From Burkholderiales bacterium (lineage in GTDB: Bacteria; Pseudomonadota; Gammaproteobacteria; Burkholderiales; SG8-41): a stretch of 64,000 nt of DNA. A program made the position numbers and the translations under genes. The notes under the pieces were generated by a model. It saw nothing but the letters and a program-made list of their open reading frames with translations. It was not told the origin of the DNA and did no database searches. The DNA lies in the NCBI GenBank assembly GCA_035649495.1, contig DASRJL010000147.1:8479-72478 (forward strand), read 5' to 3'. Shown in pieces: positions 45,454 through 54,445 of the stretch (position 1 is the first letter of the stretch; the number at the start of each line of letters is the position of its first letter).

Positions 45454-46434
45454 TTACTTGGCCATTCCCAGCTCGGTGAGTATCTGCTTCAGCTCCACGT
45501 GCTCCGCATCCAGCTTGCGCCGGGTATCCGCGGGGCCGGAGTAGATGTTTTCCCAGAAATTCTCCTGCAGATCCGCTTTCCAGTCCTCGGTCTGGGCCAG
45601 CTTGCGAAACACGCCGTCCCAGTACGCGACCTGCGCGGGCGTGATGCCTTTCGCGGCCATGATGCCGCGCCAGCCGACCACGGTCACGTCGACGCCGACC
45701 TCCTTCCAGGTGGGCACCTCGGCGAACGGGGCTCCCATGCGGCGCGGACCCGTGATGACCAGGGTGCGCATCTTCCCCTGCCGCAGGTGATCGACCATGT
45801 TGGAGAGGCCGGTGTTGATGGCGCCGACGTGCCCGCCCAGCAGCGCCATGCTGGTCTGGCCGCCGCCGGCGAAGCTCGCGATCTTCACGCGCTTGAAGTC
45901 GACGCCGCCCCGCTTGAGCGCCGCTATCAGCGAGGTGTAGTTGCTGCCGCCGACGCCGGAGACGCCGAACGAGACCGCGTCCGGGCTCTTCACCAGCCGG
46001 TCCAGCATGTCGCGCGCGGACTGTATCGCGGAGCCCGCGGGCACGTTGACGCCGTAGTTATCGGCAAGGAGCATCGCCAGCGGCGTGAAGTCGGTGTAGT
46101 TGTAGGCGGTAAGGCCGGTGAGATGGTTGCTGATTGCCGCGCTGGTCGACAGCAGCAGGACGTGGGGATCGCCCGGCAGGGAGTGGAGCTGGTTCAACGC
46201 GATCGTGCCGTTGCCGCCGGGCCGGTTGACGACGTTTACCGGCACTTCCACGAGCTTGTATTTCTGGAACAGGCGCTGGATATCGCGAGCGGTGCGGTCG
46301 CTGGTTCCGCCGGGCGCGTTGGGCGCGATCAGCGTGAGGGCCCGGTTGGGCTTCCAGCTCTCCTGCGCGAGCGCCGGAGCAGCCGCTATCCCGGCGGCGC
46401 AAAGTACCGGTAACAGGGTCTTCAGCAGCGTCAC
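45454..46434 (-). CDS. Bug/TctC-family periplasmic solute-binding protein
   Basis: GTG start. Signal peptide, then ALTLIAPNAPGGTSDRTARD and VVNRPGGNG. A divergent family member. Confidence 0.8.
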   Translation of the reverse strand: MTLLKTLLPVLCAAGIAAAPALAQESWKPNRALTLIAPNAPGGTSDRTARDIQRLFQKYKLVEVPVNVVNRPGGNGTIALNQLHSLPGDPHVLLLSTSAAISNHLTGLTAYNYTDFTPLAMLLADNYGVNVPAGSAIQSARDMLDRLVKSPDAVSFGVSGVGGSNYTSLIAALKRGGVDFKRVKIASFAGGGQTSMALLGGHVGAINTGLSNMVDHLRQGKMRTLVITGPRRMGAPFAEVPTWKEVGVDVTVVGWRGIMAAKGITPAQVAYWDGVFRKLAQTEDWKADLQENFWENIYSGPADTRRKLDAEHVELKQILTELGMAK

Positions 46435-46512
46435 ATCAGCGTGCGGTGCGCGTCACCGGGGGTCACATCCCCACGAAGAAACCGTGGGGCCCCTGTTCCG
46501 CCCCTCGACGCG

Positions 46513-47010
46513 TTACTTATCACGCTTTTCAACTTGCGGGCTCGGAATGACACGACGGATGTCGCGAGTCATCTTCACCGCGGTCTCGATGCCGCGGTAG
46601 TAGCCGGGGATGTACGAGCTTTCCTTGTAGCCCAGCACGCGGTAGAAAGTGCGGGCGGCGAAATTGTTGACGCGCAGCTCCAGGGTGATCGTGGTGATCC
46701 CCGCGACGAGGGCCGATTCCTCGAGCCACGCGATCATGTGCCTGCCGATGCCGCAGCGCTGGTGGGAGGGCTTGACCGCGAACAGGCTCAAGTGGGCCGA
46801 GGTATCGCCGAATTCCATGATCGCGAATCCCACGAGGTGCTGCTTTACGTCCGCGACCAGCACGCCGGTCTCGCGCGCCTTGATCGCCTTCGCGACGCGA
46901 TCGGGCGGCCATGACCAGCCGCGCAGCCCGACCTCGATCAGGTAGCGCGACATGACAGCGATCTCGTAGGCGTCAGCCGGAACGCCTAGTCTGTAGGTGG
47001 GGCTGGGCAT
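46513..47010 (-). CDS. GNAT-family N-acetyltransferase (RimI-like)
   Basis: ATG 47010 lies 10 nt after GGGAGG. LFAVKPSHQRCGIGRHMIAWLEE...RVNNFAARTFYRVLGY. Confidence 0.8.
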   Translation of the reverse strand: MPSPTYRLGVPADAYEIAVMSRYLIEVGLRGWSWPPDRVAKAIKARETGVLVADVKQHLVGFAIMEFGDTSAHLSLFAVKPSHQRCGIGRHMIAWLEESALVAGITTITLELRVNNFAARTFYRVLGYKESSYIPGYYRGIETAVKMTRDIRRVIPSPQVEKRDK

Positions 47011-47066
47011 GCGTTTCGAACCTCCCAGCCTCAATAATGCCTGACGTGCTGCTGTCCGGGAAGGGC

Positions 47067-47636
47067 TCAGGCCTTACCGGCCTTCGGTATGAACCTGAGA
47101 GCCACGCCATTGTTACAGTAGCGCTTGCCGGTGGGCGGCGGGCCGTCGTCGAACAGGTGCCCGTGATGGCCGCCGCAGCGAATGCAGTGGTACTCGGTGC
47201 GCGGGTAGATCAGCTTGTGATCGGTGGTGGTCCCGAAAACGCCGGGAATCGTGGTGAAGAAGCTCGGCCAGCCGGTGCCGCTGTCGAATTTCATGGCCGA
47301 GGTGAAGAGCGGCAGATCGCACCCGGCACAGGCGAACACGCCTTCGCGTTTCTCCCGGTCCAGCGGGCTCGTTCCCGCCCGCTCCGTGCCTTCCTCGCGC
47401 AGCACGCTGTACGCGGGCGCCGGCAACCGCTTGCGCCACTCTTCCTTCGAGAGCTTCAGCGGCTCGGTCGACAGGGGCGGCTTGACGCCCTCCGCCAGGA
47501 GCAGCTTCCAGTTCTTCTGCAGTTCCTCGATGCCCTTCATGTCCTTGACCGTCGATTGGGCCGCCGTGCCACGCCCGGTGAAGATATTCCACAACGCCGC
47601 GGCCAGCGCGCCCTGCAGCAATCCTCGTCTTCCCAT
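47067..47636 (-). CDS. msrB: peptide-methionine (R)-S-oxide reductase with Tat-like signal
   Basis: GAGGAGAG RBS. N-terminal MGRRGLLQGALAAA. SelR core is GVFACAGCDLPLF...GWPSF...RTEYHCIRCGGHHGHLFDDGP. Confidence 0.9.
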   Translation of the reverse strand: MGRRGLLQGALAAALWNIFTGRGTAAQSTVKDMKGIEELQKNWKLLLAEGVKPPLSTEPLKLSKEEWRKRLPAPAYSVLREEGTERAGTSPLDREKREGVFACAGCDLPLFTSAMKFDSGTGWPSFFTTIPGVFGTTTDHKLIYPRTEYHCIRCGGHHGHLFDDGPPPTGKRYCNNGVALRFIPKAGKA

Positions 47637-47995
47637 GCGCTCTCCTCGATTTTCGGTGAATGATAGCGCACTTACGGATCAGCGCCGTCGTTGGATGCGG
47701 CGCCTTGCCGGGAGAAAGCGCGGAAAATTGGTGCGGCGCGGCAGCCGTTTATTTTTTCCGTTCTGTAACCGATTGCACATCGTACGGTCGCATGATCGCA
47801 GTATGCTCACCGTCACCGAAAATTCATCGGCACTTTTTTCCGGACTGTGGTGTCAGACAAATCTGGCAGCGTAAAGCGAGAGAAGCGAAGTACGATGCAC
47901 AAGACGCTGCGGAGTTGTGGCATTTCCGCAACGCAAGTTGTCAATAGACCAAGTCGTTCGTCACCAAAGCACGCTACCTTCAGGAGGACCACGAC

Positions 47996-48370
47996 ATGTT
48001 CGTATTAGCGGCTCGACTTCAGGCAGCGCACCGCAACCAGGACGAGAAAGGGCGCACCGATGGGTTCGTGCTTCCCGCCACGACCAGCGTCCGCTCTCTT
48101 GCCCGCTTCTATGGATTCACAAGCCCGCTCGTGGACAAGGACCTGTCGATTGGCGACTACGTGGCAAGCACGTGCGGCGGGCTGCCGCGGGTCGGCCAGC
48201 GAACGGGGTGGGGACGCGCCGAGCTGGTGATAACGGAAGTCAACGGGCGCTCCGTCAGCAAGGTCCGCCTCAGCTTATTGCCGCTCCGGGACCGCCGCCT
48301 GTCGTTCACCGAGATACCCCCCCGCAATCCCAAGCGCCGGGTGCAGGATCGGGGCGCGTCGGAGCGTTGA
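47996..48370 (+). CDS. hypothetical protein
   Basis: 124-aa ORF with AGGAGG 8 nt upstream of the ATG. No family recognised. Confidence 0.45.
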   Translation: MFVLAARLQAAHRNQDEKGRTDGFVLPATTSVRSLARFYGFTSPLVDKDLSIGDYVASTCGGLPRVGQRTGWGRAELVITEVNGRSVSKVRLSLLPLRDRRLSFTEIPPRNPKRRVQDRGASER

Positions 48371-48414
48371 GCTAGCAAGTCCCTACCCCTTGGACGGGGG
48401 AGGTTGTTTCTTGG

Positions 48415-48480
48415 CTACAGTGTTGCTTCGCTGCCCAGTATTACAGTGCACTCGCTGGACAGCACACCACCATTCCCGTG
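48415..48480 (-). pseudogene. orphan C-terminal fragment of a thiolase paralog
   Basis: The last 21 codons plus stop encode HGNGGVLSSECTVILGSEATL. The C-terminus of the intact thiolase at 48686 is HGNGGVLSSECTVILGSESTL. The nucleotide sequences differ mainly at synonymous sites. Homology stops abruptly upstream. Confidence 0.7.
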
Positions 48481-48492
48481 GACGCCGGAGCC

Positions 48493-48524
48493 GCGGAGCA
48501 GGGGCCCCGGTTTCCGGGGATGCG
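48493..48524. repeat. 32-nt repeat with CCCCGG-TTT-CCGGGG hairpin (identical to 37749-37780)
   Basis: GCGGAGCAGGGGCCCCGGTTTCCGGGGATGCG, at the point where the thiolase-fragment homology breaks. Confidence 0.9.
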
Positions 48525-48685
48525 CCCCGGCCTCGGTCTCCGGAACGGTGGTGCGGGACGGGGCGCAAAGCCGCTGCGCCGCGTACACTTCCACTTGCCG
48601 GGGCCGCTCGCTGCTCCCGCACCCTGCTCGCGCACACCGAGTCGCAGCGGCACCGCGTAGGCGGCCGACCGCACGGGCCCAATGG

Positions 48686-49837
48686 CTATAGCGTGGATTC
48701 ACTACCGAGTATGACAGTGCATTCGCTCGACAATACCCCTCCGTTACCGTGCGCGAGGGACACGTTGCAGTCCTTGACCTGACGCTGTCCGCAGTCGCCG
48801 CGCACCTGCCGCACCGCCTCGATCAGAACCAGCAGCCCGTACATGCCCGGGTGGCAATAGGAAAGGCCGCCGCCGCTCGTGTTTACCGCGAGCTTGCCGC
48901 CGGGCGCGATGGCGCCGTTCGCAACGAAGCGCCCCCCCTCGCCCTTGGGGCAGAACCCCAGGTCCTCGAGGAACAGGATGGGCGTGATCGTGAACGCATC
49001 GTAGAGCGAGAGCATCCTCACGTCCGAGGGCTTCAAGCCGGCCATCTTGAACGCCTGCCGCCCTGACTCGGCTGCCGCAGTCACTGTCAGGTCGGGCATG
49101 TTGGAAATCGTGGCGTGGCCGATGGATTCTCCGACCCCCAGCACGTAAGCCGCTTTCTTCTTCAACGACTTCGCGCGCGCGGCGGAGGTGATGATGATCG
49201 CGCCCCCGCCGTCGGTCACCAGGCAGCAGTCGCGGACCGTGAACGGGTAGCTCACCATGCGCGCATTCAGGACCTGCTCGATCGTGAGCGGCTCCTTCTC
49301 CCACGCCACGGGGTTCATCAATGCCCATTTGCGCGCTGCGACGGCCACTTCCGCGAGATGCTCCCGCGTCGTGCCGAACTCGTGCATGTGCCGCGAAGCC
49401 GCCAGCGCGTAGGCGCTCGACGGGAGAAAGGGGCGGTACGGGGACTCGTAATAGAGGAATTCGCGGGAGCTGGCCGCGGCGCGCGTAACCGAGCGCTGCG
49501 TGCTGCCGTAGGCGATCACCGCCACTTCCGCGTCGCCGTTCTCGATGGCGGTCTGCGCGTGCGCGAGGTGCGCCATGAAGGAAGACCCGCCGACGATCGT
49601 GCTGTCGTAGTAGCGCGGCTTGATGCGCAGGTACTCGCACAACTGCAGCACACCCATGCGTGACTGGGAATGCGACGCGAAAACGGCGTCGATATCGGAG
49701 AGCTTCAGCCCGCAGTCCTCCAGCGCCCGCAAGGTCGCCTGCGCCATCAGGTCGGTCGGGCTCATTTCGGGCGCGACCAGCCCGAGATCGGATTCGGCGG
49801 CGCCCACCACCGCCACGCTGCCTCTCTTGCGGCTCAT
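48686..49837 (-). CDS. thiolase-like protein (SCP-x / lipid-transfer type, DUF35-partnered)
   Basis: 383 aa. VAVVGAAESDLG...CCLVTDGGGAII...SGGGLSYCHPGMYG. The start overlaps the upstream DUF35 gene stop (ATGA). Confidence 0.85.
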   Translation of the reverse strand: MSRKRGSVAVVGAAESDLGLVAPEMSPTDLMAQATLRALEDCGLKLSDIDAVFASHSQSRMGVLQLCEYLRIKPRYYDSTIVGGSSFMAHLAHAQTAIENGDAEVAVIAYGSTQRSVTRAAASSREFLYYESPYRPFLPSSAYALAASRHMHEFGTTREHLAEVAVAARKWALMNPVAWEKEPLTIEQVLNARMVSYPFTVRDCCLVTDGGGAIIITSAARAKSLKKKAAYVLGVGESIGHATISNMPDLTVTAAAESGRQAFKMAGLKPSDVRMLSLYDAFTITPILFLEDLGFCPKGEGGRFVANGAIAPGGKLAVNTSGGGLSYCHPGMYGLLVLIEAVRQVRGDCGQRQVKDCNVSLAHGNGGVLSSECTVILGSESTL

Positions 49838-50220
49838 CGGGATCCCTCCACGGCGGTGAATACGGGGTAGGGCGGCTGCTTCTCGTCACCCGCGGTCATG
49901 CGCACCTTGACCCGCATGCCGATCTTTACCTGCATCGGGTCGATGTCCTCGACACGGCTCATCATGCGGAAGCCTTCGTCGAGATCGACCAGCGCGACGT
50001 TCCAGGGCTTCTGGTCCTTCGCACCGTGCACGACCGTCGTGGCGTGCACCGTACCCAGGCCCTTCGATACCCGCCATTCGAGCTTCCCGCCCGTCACGGG
50101 CGCGGCGGCGCGCGGAAAGAATACCGGCTTGCCGTCCTCGGTCACCTGGTAGGCCAGCTCCCCCTTCTTGCAGTGCTCTATGTATACGCCCAGAGGCGAT
50201 TTTGCGAACTCGTTAGGCAT
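49834..50220 (-). CDS. DUF35 OB-fold / zinc-ribbon acyl-CoA-associated protein
   Basis: AGGGAG RBS. 128 aa. GTVHATTVVH...NVALVDLDEGFRMMSRVEDIDPMQVKIGMRVKV. Confidence 0.8.
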   Translation of the reverse strand: MPNEFAKSPLGVYIEHCKKGELAYQVTEDGKPVFFPRAAAPVTGGKLEWRVSKGLGTVHATTVVHGAKDQKPWNVALVDLDEGFRMMSRVEDIDPMQVKIGMRVKVRMTAGDEKQPPYPVFTAVEGSR

Positions 50221-50241
50221 GAATTACTCCCTTTCAAAGAA

Positions 50242-50324
50242 GTGACACGTGACACGTGACTCGTGACCGGCAAGCGAGATCGAGGGGTGCAGTTACGAGT
50301 CACGGGTCACCGGTCACGGGTCAC
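50242..50324. repeat. inverted pair of heptamer arrays (GTGAC-N2 x4 ... GTCAC-N2 x5)
   Basis: GTGACAC GTGACAC GTGACTC GTGACCG, a 22-nt spacer, then GTTACGA GTCACGG GTCACCG GTCACGG GTCAC. Confidence 0.9.
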
Positions 50325-50328
50325 TCCA

Positions 50329-51309
50329 TTATTGAAGTCCCTTGATATTTGCCGCCGCAATGACCTTCCGCCACTTGGCAATCTCATCCCGCAGAAAGGC
50401 CGCGTACTCTGCGGTAGCGCTGCCGACCGGATCCGAGCCGTCGGCCTTCAGGCGCTCGATCAGCTCCGGCGATTTCACGATCTTCACGACGTCGGCGTTG
50501 ATCTTTCCCACCACCTCTTTCGGCGTGCGGGCGGGCGCGGTGAGGCCGTTCCACGCCACGGCCTGGAAGCCTTTGAGTCCCGATTCGTCCAGCGTCGGCA
50601 GATCGGGCAGGGCGCCGGCGCGCTTCAGGCTGGTGACGGCGAGCGCGCGGAGCCTCCCGGACTTGATGAACGGCATCGCCGAGGTGAGGCCGTTGTACAC
50701 CAGGTCGACGTGGCCGCCGACGAGGTCGGTCAGCGCGGGCGCGTTGCCCTTGTAGGGGATGTGCACCATTTTCACGCCGGCCATCGAATTGAACAGCTCG
50801 CCGGCAAGATGATTCGAGCCGCCGCTGCCCGAGGAGCCGTAATTGAGCTTGCCCGGTTTCGATTTGGCGAGCGCGACCAACTCCTTGATCGATTTCGCCG
50901 GCACGCTGGGGTTTACGACCACGACGAGCGGCGTGGTGTTGATCAGCGTGATCGGTTCGAAGTCCTTCGCCGGATCGTAGGGCAGCTTCGTGGTTGTGAG
51001 GCTTGGCACGATCGTGAACGGAGCCGGCGTGACGAGGAGCATGTAGCCGTCGGGCGGGGCCTTGGCGACGAGGTCGGTACCGATCACCGTGCTGCCGCCG
51101 GGACGGTTGTCGACCAGCACCGGCTGGCCCCACGCCTCGTTCAGCTTCTGGGCGACCGTGCGACCGATGATGTCGGTGCTGCCGCCGGGAGCGAAAGGCA
51201 CGATCAGCCGGACGGCTTTGGTCGGGTACTGCTGTGCATCAACGCTTCCTGCTGTGAGAAGCACCATCGCAAGAGATGTAACGGTCCTGCCGAATATCCA
51301 CTTTTCCAT
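50329..51309 (-). CDS. Bug/TctC-family periplasmic solute-binding protein
   Basis: Signal peptide, then YPTKAVRLIVPFAPGGSTD, LVDNRPGGS and PDGYMLLV. Confidence 0.9.
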   Translation of the reverse strand: MEKWIFGRTVTSLAMVLLTAGSVDAQQYPTKAVRLIVPFAPGGSTDIIGRTVAQKLNEAWGQPVLVDNRPGGSTVIGTDLVAKAPPDGYMLLVTPAPFTIVPSLTTTKLPYDPAKDFEPITLINTTPLVVVVNPSVPAKSIKELVALAKSKPGKLNYGSSGSGGSNHLAGELFNSMAGVKMVHIPYKGNAPALTDLVGGHVDLVYNGLTSAMPFIKSGRLRALAVTSLKRAGALPDLPTLDESGLKGFQAVAWNGLTAPARTPKEVVGKINADVVKIVKSPELIERLKADGSDPVGSATAEYAAFLRDEIAKWRKVIAAANIKGLQ

Positions 51310-51343
51310 TTGTATTTCTCGGCGACCTCGGCGTCTTGGCGGT

Positions 51344-53464
51344 TTAGTTCTTCAAAACGATGAGCGCGTCGGCAGCGACCACCCCGCGCTCGCGCACGAA
51401 CAGCGGGTTGACGTCGATCTCCGCGATGCGGTCGGCGTGGTCCGCGGCGAGCAGCGACAGCCGCGCGAGCGTGTCCGCGAGCGCGGCCACGTCCAGCGCG
51501 GGCCGTCCGCGGTAGCCCGTCAGCATCGCCGCGCCCCGGATTTCCCCGATCATTTCCCGCGCGGTGTCCGTGCCGAACGGCGCGAAACGGTGGGTCACGT
51601 CCTTCATCAGCTCGGTGAAAATGCCGCCGAGGCCGAAGGTGACGACTGGCCCGAACGTCGCATCGTTGACGACGCCCGCGATGACTTCGACTCCCGCGGC
51701 CATCTCCTGCACCAGCACGCCGTCGATGCGCGCGCCCGCCTTGTGACGCTTCGCGGCGGCCACGACCTCGCGCGCCGCCTGCTTCAGGCCCGCGAGGTCG
51801 TTGATGCCCAGCTTTACGCCGCCCGCCTCGGTCTTGTGCGGAATGTCCGCGGACTCGATCTTGACGGCGACCGGGAACGTGAAAGGCGATTCCTTGAGCG
51901 CTTCGATTTCCGCCGGCTGGAGCAGCTTGCCGCGCACGACCGGCAGGCCGTACTGCTCCAGCACCTGCCGGGAGCGATGCTCTCCGAGCGTGGCGGCACC
52001 AAAGGGTAGATCGAGCGCCTGGCGGACGAGGGCACGCTCAAGCGTCTTTCCCGCGCGGCTCCGGTAAGCGCGGCATTTGTCGGAAAACTCGGTCAGAGCC
52101 GCGAGCGCACGGGCGGCCCGTCCCGAGCCGACTATGCACGGTACCCCGTTCCCCTCCAGGTACTCGAGCACGTCGCCGTTGTCGGTGGGAGAGGTAGGCC
52201 AATCGACGATGCAAGGCTTGCTCGACCCGCTCAGCAGCTTGAGCAGGTTTTCCGACCAGACGCGCGCCGACTTGCCGCGCGGCGTGCGGACGACCAGCTG
52301 ATCTATGTTCGGGTCGTTCAGAACCAGCTCGACCGCTTTCCCGTAGGAGGCGAAGGCGTCGTTGTAGCCGTTCGCAGTGGCGTCGACCGGGTTGGCGGAG
52401 GACGCGTACGAGACCAGCGTTTTCTTGAGCTCGGCAGTCGTCGCCTCGGCGAACTCCGGAAGCCGCAGGCCGCTTTCGATGCAGCGGTCTGCCAGCAGGA
52501 CGCCGGCGCCGCCCGAAAGCGTCAGCACGCCCACGCCGTTGCCCGCTGGCCGCTTGCCCGTGTGAAAGACCTTGGCGACATCCACGAGATCGTCCACGTC
52601 GGGGATCTCTACCAGTCCGCCGCGCCTGAAGGCCGCCCGGTACAGTTCGTATCCGGAAGTAAGCCGCGCCGAATGCGAGGTCGCGGCCTTGCTGCCGACG
52701 TCGGTATTGCCGACCTTCCAGACGAGTACCGGCTTGCCCAGTTCCAGCGCACGCTCGCCGATATCCAGCAGGCGCCGCCCGTCGCTGATCGCTTCCATGA
52801 ACGCCACCACGACCTCGACATCGTCGCGCTCGATGAGATCGGCAATCCAGTCGAGCAGCGTGAGATCGGCCTCGTTTCCGGTGGAAATCGCATAGTTGCA
52901 GCCCACCCCGAAGTGGGCCGCTATCGCCACCACGCCGAAGCCGAAGCCGCCGCTCTGCGTGACCATCGCCATCGGTCCCGCCTTCAGCGTCTTCAACTGC
53001 GCCGTTCCGCCGAAGCCGATGCGGGCGTTGTCCTTGAGATTGATGATGCCCAGGCAGTTCGGGCCGACCATGCGCACGTTCGCCTTGCGCGCGGTCTCTA
53101 TGAGATTCTCCTGGAGCGCCCTGCCTTCCGCGCCGATCTCGCTGAAGCCGCCAGCGAGCACGAGGGCGAACGGGATGCCCGCCTTGCCGCATTGCTCTAT
53201 CGCCCCCGCCACGTTCGCCGCGGAAAGGGCGATCAACGCCACGTCGCAGGGTTTCGGCACGGCCATCAGATCGGGATAGCAGGTGAGTCCCTTGACCTCG
53301 TTGTAGCGCGGGTTCACCGGATAGATCTTCCCGGTGTAGCCGAAGTCGGTCAGCAGGGAGAGCGTCTGTCCTCCGATGCGCGCCGCGTCGCTCGAAACGC
53401 CGACGACGGCGATGGCGCGCGGGTTGAGAAAGCGGGAAAGATCGGTGCGGGATGTGTCGGGCAT
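51344..53464 (-). CDS. ADP-forming acyl-CoA synthetase (acetate--CoA ligase family; CoA-binding + ATP-grasp)
   Basis: Internal ATG 53464 (TGATG overlap with the upstream gene). LNPRAIAVVGVSSDAARIGG, GPNCLGIIN and a C-terminal ATP-grasp region. Confidence 0.85.
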   Translation of the reverse strand: MPDTSRTDLSRFLNPRAIAVVGVSSDAARIGGQTLSLLTDFGYTGKIYPVNPRYNEVKGLTCYPDLMAVPKPCDVALIALSAANVAGAIEQCGKAGIPFALVLAGGFSEIGAEGRALQENLIETARKANVRMVGPNCLGIINLKDNARIGFGGTAQLKTLKAGPMAMVTQSGGFGFGVVAIAAHFGVGCNYAISTGNEADLTLLDWIADLIERDDVEVVVAFMEAISDGRRLLDIGERALELGKPVLVWKVGNTDVGSKAATSHSARLTSGYELYRAAFRRGGLVEIPDVDDLVDVAKVFHTGKRPAGNGVGVLTLSGGAGVLLADRCIESGLRLPEFAEATTAELKKTLVSYASSANPVDATANGYNDAFASYGKAVELVLNDPNIDQLVVRTPRGKSARVWSENLLKLLSGSSKPCIVDWPTSPTDNGDVLEYLEGNGVPCIVGSGRAARALAALTEFSDKCRAYRSRAGKTLERALVRQALDLPFGAATLGEHRSRQVLEQYGLPVVRGKLLQPAEIEALKESPFTFPVAVKIESADIPHKTEAGGVKLGINDLAGLKQAAREVVAAAKRHKAGARIDGVLVQEMAAGVEVIAGVVNDATFGPVVTFGLGGIFTELMKDVTHRFAPFGTDTAREMIGEIRGAAMLTGYRGRPALDVAALADTLARLSLLAADHADRIAEIDVNPLFVRERGVVAADALIVLKN

Positions 53465-54336
53465 CACCGAACCTCCGCACGGCCGTTGCTCAGCACCGTC
53501 ACCCCGCGCGCGGGGACCGTGGCCTTGAAGGAAACGACGTTGCCGTCTTTCCACATCTCCGTGCGTATCGTCTCGCCGGGATAGACCGGGGAGGAGAACC
53601 GTCCCTCCATGGACACGAAGCGCGCCGGATCGTAGCCGCACAGGGTCTTGAGTATCGCGTGGCCGGCGACGCCGAAGGTGCCGCGCCCGTGCAGTATCGG
53701 CATCTTGAAGCCCACTTTCTGCGCGTGCACCGGATCGGCGTGCAGCGGATTGTAGTCGCCGGAGAGCCGGTAGATGAGCGCGGCCTGCGGCAGGGTCGGA
53801 AGATCGCAGACGAACTGCGGTGACGTTTCGGGTACCGGAGGCAATTGCTTCGTGGGCCCCGACGGTCCCCCGAAGCCGCCGTCGGCGCGGGCGAACGTCG
53901 TGGACGTGAGCGTGCAGACGACTTCACCGGTTTTTTTGTCCCGCACCGCGCTCTCGGTCATGATCAGGGCGCCCTTGCCCTGGCCCTTGTCGAAGACGCC
54001 GGTGATGCGCGTCTTGCCGAGCAAGTCCCCCTCCACCGGCAGCGGCTTCATGATGCGGAAGCCCTGCTCGCCGTGCACGGTGTGGCTCGCGGTGACGCCC
54101 AACTCGGGACGCTTCGAGTGCCAGCTCCCCTCGGAGCTCCCGGCGTAGCCCAATATGATCGCCATCGTCGGCAGCGCCTCGAGATTCTTCTCGTAGACGA
54201 ACTTGAGCTGATCCGCATCGCACGGATCGGCCCCGAGCCCGACTCCCAGCGCGTAGAGCATCGTGTCTTTCCGGGTGAGGTGCTGCTCGGCCTCGGGAAT
54301 GTCGAAGCTCATGAGTTTTTCGTAGGCGAGTGCCAT
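53464..54336 (-). CDS. MaoC-family (R)-specific enoyl-CoA hydratase, double hot-dog
   Basis: ATG 54336. ALIYRLSGDYNPLHADPVHAQKVGFKMPILHG. Confidence 0.8.
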   Translation of the reverse strand: MALAYEKLMSFDIPEAEQHLTRKDTMLYALGVGLGADPCDADQLKFVYEKNLEALPTMAIILGYAGSSEGSWHSKRPELGVTASHTVHGEQGFRIMKPLPVEGDLLGKTRITGVFDKGQGKGALIMTESAVRDKKTGEVVCTLTSTTFARADGGFGGPSGPTKQLPPVPETSPQFVCDLPTLPQAALIYRLSGDYNPLHADPVHAQKVGFKMPILHGRGTFGVAGHAILKTLCGYDPARFVSMEGRFSSPVYPGETIRTEMWKDGNVVSFKATVPARGVTVLSNGRAEVR

Positions 54337-54445
54337 GTTCGTCCTTGGTCCGGGAGTGAGGATCAATATGCGGAATCGCGAAGAACCGTGTTTCGTCTGG
54401 ATGATACCCCGCAAAAGGAAACCCTTGTCGATCCTGACCGCGTTC

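Noticed and set aside
44230-46413. 727-aa plus-strand ORF spanning an amidohydrolase gene and a TctC gene. Similar shadow ORFs occur at 30173-32080, 7856-9268, 9800-11314, 22186-23613 and 23827-25476.
   Set aside because: These are antisense shadows of well-supported genes. Their composition is low-complexity and Arg-rich, and no motifs were found.
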